DNA of 64,000 bases, taken from Eledone cirrhosa (Eukaryota). The notes under the pieces were generated by a model, which had not been told where the DNA came from, did not search any database, and worked only from the letters and a program-made list of their open reading frames with translations. Below, piece by piece: positions 60,025-64,000 of the stretch. The stretch lies in NCBI GenBank assembly GCA_964016885.1, contig OZ024746.1, forward strand, positions 86,552,001 through 86,616,000, given 5' to 3'. Each line of letters opens with the position of its first letter. Within the stretch, counting starts at the first letter, position 1. Made by a program: the position numbers and the translations under genes.

Positions 60025-60275
60025 AGTTTATCCTGGGTTCAATCACAGTAAGTACAGTAAGTAAGGTACTCAATACATAGAAGAGTATAAATATCTAATA
60101 TAGAAATGCATTCTACAGGAATAGAACTGTTTCATTCGGGAGAAATCATCACGAAGCTTCCTGATGATATATATATAATGTATATCTCTATATATATATC
60201 ATCAGGAAGCTTCCTGATGATTTATAAATATATATATGTATATATATTATGTATATCTCTCTATATATATACATT

Positions 60276-60361
<86 letters not shown>

Positions 60362-61262
60362 TATATATATATACATATGTACATATGTACATATACAGGT
60401 ATGTGTATGTATATCCATATATATATATATATATAGTAAAAAATTGAACGGGAACATATATATATATATATATATATATAATACAGATTGCCGATTAGTT
60501 TAAGTTGGTTGCACAATGTTCTAGTTTTTTTTAAAGATTGTTGTAATTAGATATGTTGAATGATTTTCCTCCGATACCCTTATAATATATAATCCTAATT
60601 ACATTTCCAATTACAAACACTGTGTAAAGAATTCCTTTTACCGAATACAGAAAAATTACTAAAATCGAATTTGATATATGTTTGAATAAAAGGCAATATC
60701 ACGGCTGTATACTTCTGATCATAGTTTCTGTTATACAACTATAACCACAAACATATAATAATAAATAAGGTTATCCACGTATCCACGTTTGTAAATTTTG
60801 AACTTAACATTTTTTTTAATTTACAGACGAAATACGGTAGTAAAATTTAATTAACACAACGGCTCGACACACTATCTGGATTTATACAGGTTGTTTGTGG
60901 GAAAACCATGTTTAAGTGATTTTTCTTGCCTTTATTGATGTCTGGGAAATTGCGTTTGTTGCAACATATGTTCGAATCAAAGCAAGTTTACTCTAACAGT
61001 GTATTAGAAAGAGGACAAATTTAGATTTTTCAATAATTGCAAAATTCTTTTTATTCAATTTCGAACACATTTAGACATCTCAATTATCGTCGTTGTTGTT
61101 GCTGTTGTTGGTGATGTAGTTTTGCTGTTTTTGTTCGTTTAAATATTTCTCACTTTCTCCTTTCTCGTTATGCATTAACTCATGTCTATCTATCTATCTA
61201 TCTATCTACCTATCTATCTATCTATCTATCTATCTTTCTACCTCTCTTCCACTTTCTCTTTC

Positions 61263-61361
<99 letters not shown>

Positions 61362-61680
61362 CAGGCTCCCCCTCTCTCTATCTCTATCAATATCTTTTTA
61401 TCTTTCTCTCGCTTTTATTCAATTTTTTGAATAAGGAAAAGAAATTGTTTACTAAATTGATGATAATACTTTTATTTTACTTCATTGTTTCTTATATATT
61501 ATTGGTGAAAAATATTTACAGATTTATACATACACAGACATGTATATAAACCCTAATATCCTCATATACACACGTACGTGTATACATAGATACATGTATG
61601 TATATAAATATACATACAGACATATATTGAAATATAGAGATATGTTAAGCTAAAGAAACGTACATTTCATATATGAATGT

Positions 61681-61754
<74 letters not shown>

Positions 61755-61901
61755 ATACACACACACACATTTATTTGTGTGTGTATGCATAAATACCTAA
61801 AACTTCACATATGTTTATAAATATGTTCGTATATAAATAGATACTTACATCTATATCCACTATGTACAAACACAGAACGAAGCATACGTATATATATACT
61901 T

Positions 61902-61938
<37 letters not shown>

Positions 61939-62008
61939 CACACATACATATATATATACATACATACACATTTGTATATAATATATATACATATATATAT
62001 ATACATAC

Positions 62009-62063
<55 letters not shown>

Positions 62064-62455
62064 TTCATACAAATATATATAATATATATGTATATATATA
62101 CAGTATATACACACTCATACACACACTCATACACACATACACACACAAACACACACAAACACACACGCACACATATATATATATAACATATATAAAATAT
62201 ATATATTTTTTTTATTTTTTAGCCTTTATTTTCGCTAAAGTAATTTCCTTATAGCTGTAACTACATTAAGTGAATGTTGAAAATTGCCGGAGCAATATAT
62301 GAGATTAATACAACTTCTCAAATAGAAAAGAAGCGATGTGTTGTTTAATTTTTCACACTGATGCCTCTAGGGAGAATTGATTAACAGAAATTAACAATGA
62401 CACCACATTAGCATTGCAATAATGTGTAAGTTTTGGCACACACACACACACACAC

Positions 62456-62493
<38 letters not shown>

Positions 62494-62665
62494 TCTCTCT
62501 CTAGTAATTCTTACCTCTACGCAAGTCTAGATGTCTGTACACACACACACATACATAGGCACGAATCTATCTATATATCTATGTATCTCTATGTATGTAT
62601 GTATGTATGTATGTATGTATGTATGTATGTATGTATCTACCTATCTATCTATCTATTTATCCCTA

Positions 62666-62748
<83 letters not shown>

Positions 62749-63229
62749 ATATTTGGGGAGGGTCATATTGTTATATTATTGCCAGAAATAATAATAGAAC
62801 ACACTCACTGTTTGGTTTGGGTTGGTTTTTCGCTTCTGTATCTTTTATAACTCCATAGTTAATTTATCTGGCAGTCAATGTTTATCATTGATTGACCAAC
62901 GGTTAAAAATACAGATATAAATATATATATATATAGTCTATCAAAGTTCTTTCGTTGCACATCTGCAACATCATATATATATGTTCATACATTAATTCAG
63001 ATACCCATATACATAGGTCCATTTTGTTTGTTCGAACTTTGAGTAGTGTCTTCCAATGTTCCTGTGAGAAAGATTTATATCAGGTTATATTTTACGTCTC
63101 TCTTCTAGAACAGAGGCTATCTTAAACAATATTATTATTTCCCTGCTCCTGGACGTTGTGCTTCGTTTGAAGATGTTGCTTCAGTGTTATTATCCGGGTC
63201 TCGTAAGTTGTTAATATGGCTATTAAACC

Positions 63230-64000
63230 TTAGCCACTCTCCTTACTTGAGAAATATAGCCTATTCACATCACCAATGTTTTCAGTAACACTGAGCAGCT
63301 TGCGGGTCCTTATATCCATCTCACTCAATTCTTGCGAAGACAAATTCAATAAGGTAAATGTTGCTATTAGGATGGACACAGCAAAAATTATAGGCAAGGT
63401 ACCTGTTGCATGCTGAGAGTTCTTATGATCAAATTCTCTTCTCAATTCTGAATTATTCATTTATGATCTGCTCCTTATTTATGGGTCCATCATGTCTGAC
63501 ATTCTCATCCTGTCCAGTATTGTCACTTGACTGTAGATGTATCGTCAGGCCATTCATCCTTCAAGTTTTCAGGGAAGGGCATAACCTTTCCACCTTTTAT
63601 TGTCATAAATACACAGTTGGACTCACACAATTTTATATAATATCAGTAGAAAATTGGATAATGAGGTCCAATTGTTTTTTATGTGGTTGACATTTGGCCC
63701 ACACAACTTCAGGTCATCGAGAATGAACAGAGGGGAGATACTTCTGGATCCATTTCTATGGCCACTATGTTTTGTCAGCAGGTATGTTAGTGGGTTTAAA
63801 GAAGGACGAAGAGCAGCACTGACAAGCTATCACCCTGAAAGATGCCTTTTTGTTAGAGAATACTATCAGTTTGCTCCTTATCAACCCCTACGGAACAAAA
63901 TGGTGTACCAAGTCTTGGTCAAACGTTCTTTAACAGCTTACTAGTGGTTTCGAGGATTTAGCTTACTGCAAAGCCTTGATAATCCACTCATGTGGTACAC
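63230..64000 (-). pseudogene. Decayed R4/Dong-like reverse transcriptase
   Basis: GIFQGDSLSVLLFVLSLNPL..LFILDDLKL; ELSEMDIRTRKLL..VNRLY. Confidence 0.75.

Overview
AT-rich, non-coding eukaryotic (animal) DNA. The (TA)n/(CA)n/(TATG)n microsatellite load and the SINE/LINE repertoire resemble an octopus (cephalopod) genome, which is an inference. Almost every ORF in the supplied track is a microsatellite artefact. The real coding remnants are decayed non-LTR retrotransposons: RTE types (BovB-like, Expander-like, one with a PHD-like finger), CRE, R4/Dong, Tx1/L1-like and Penelope-like. They sit among tRNA-derived CORE and Nin/Deu-domain SINEs, piggyBac/hAT/mariner MITEs and several minisatellites. 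No host gene can be identified; there is one weak minus-strand exon candidate near 43.2 kb. The main signal is RNA-level. About 20 hammerhead-ribozyme (HHR) motifs from many distinct short Penelope-like repeat families are embedded in (TA)n tracts, often as head-to-head palindromes. They include U3-A8 core variants, HHRs with a ~60-nt stem II, and palindromes centred on a putative stem II loop. The best candidate for something new is a covarying pseudoknot with a K-turn at 41.1, 41.5 and 56.3 kb that carries the three hammerhead core strands in non-circularly permuted order. All structures were derived by eye; none was folded computationally or tested.
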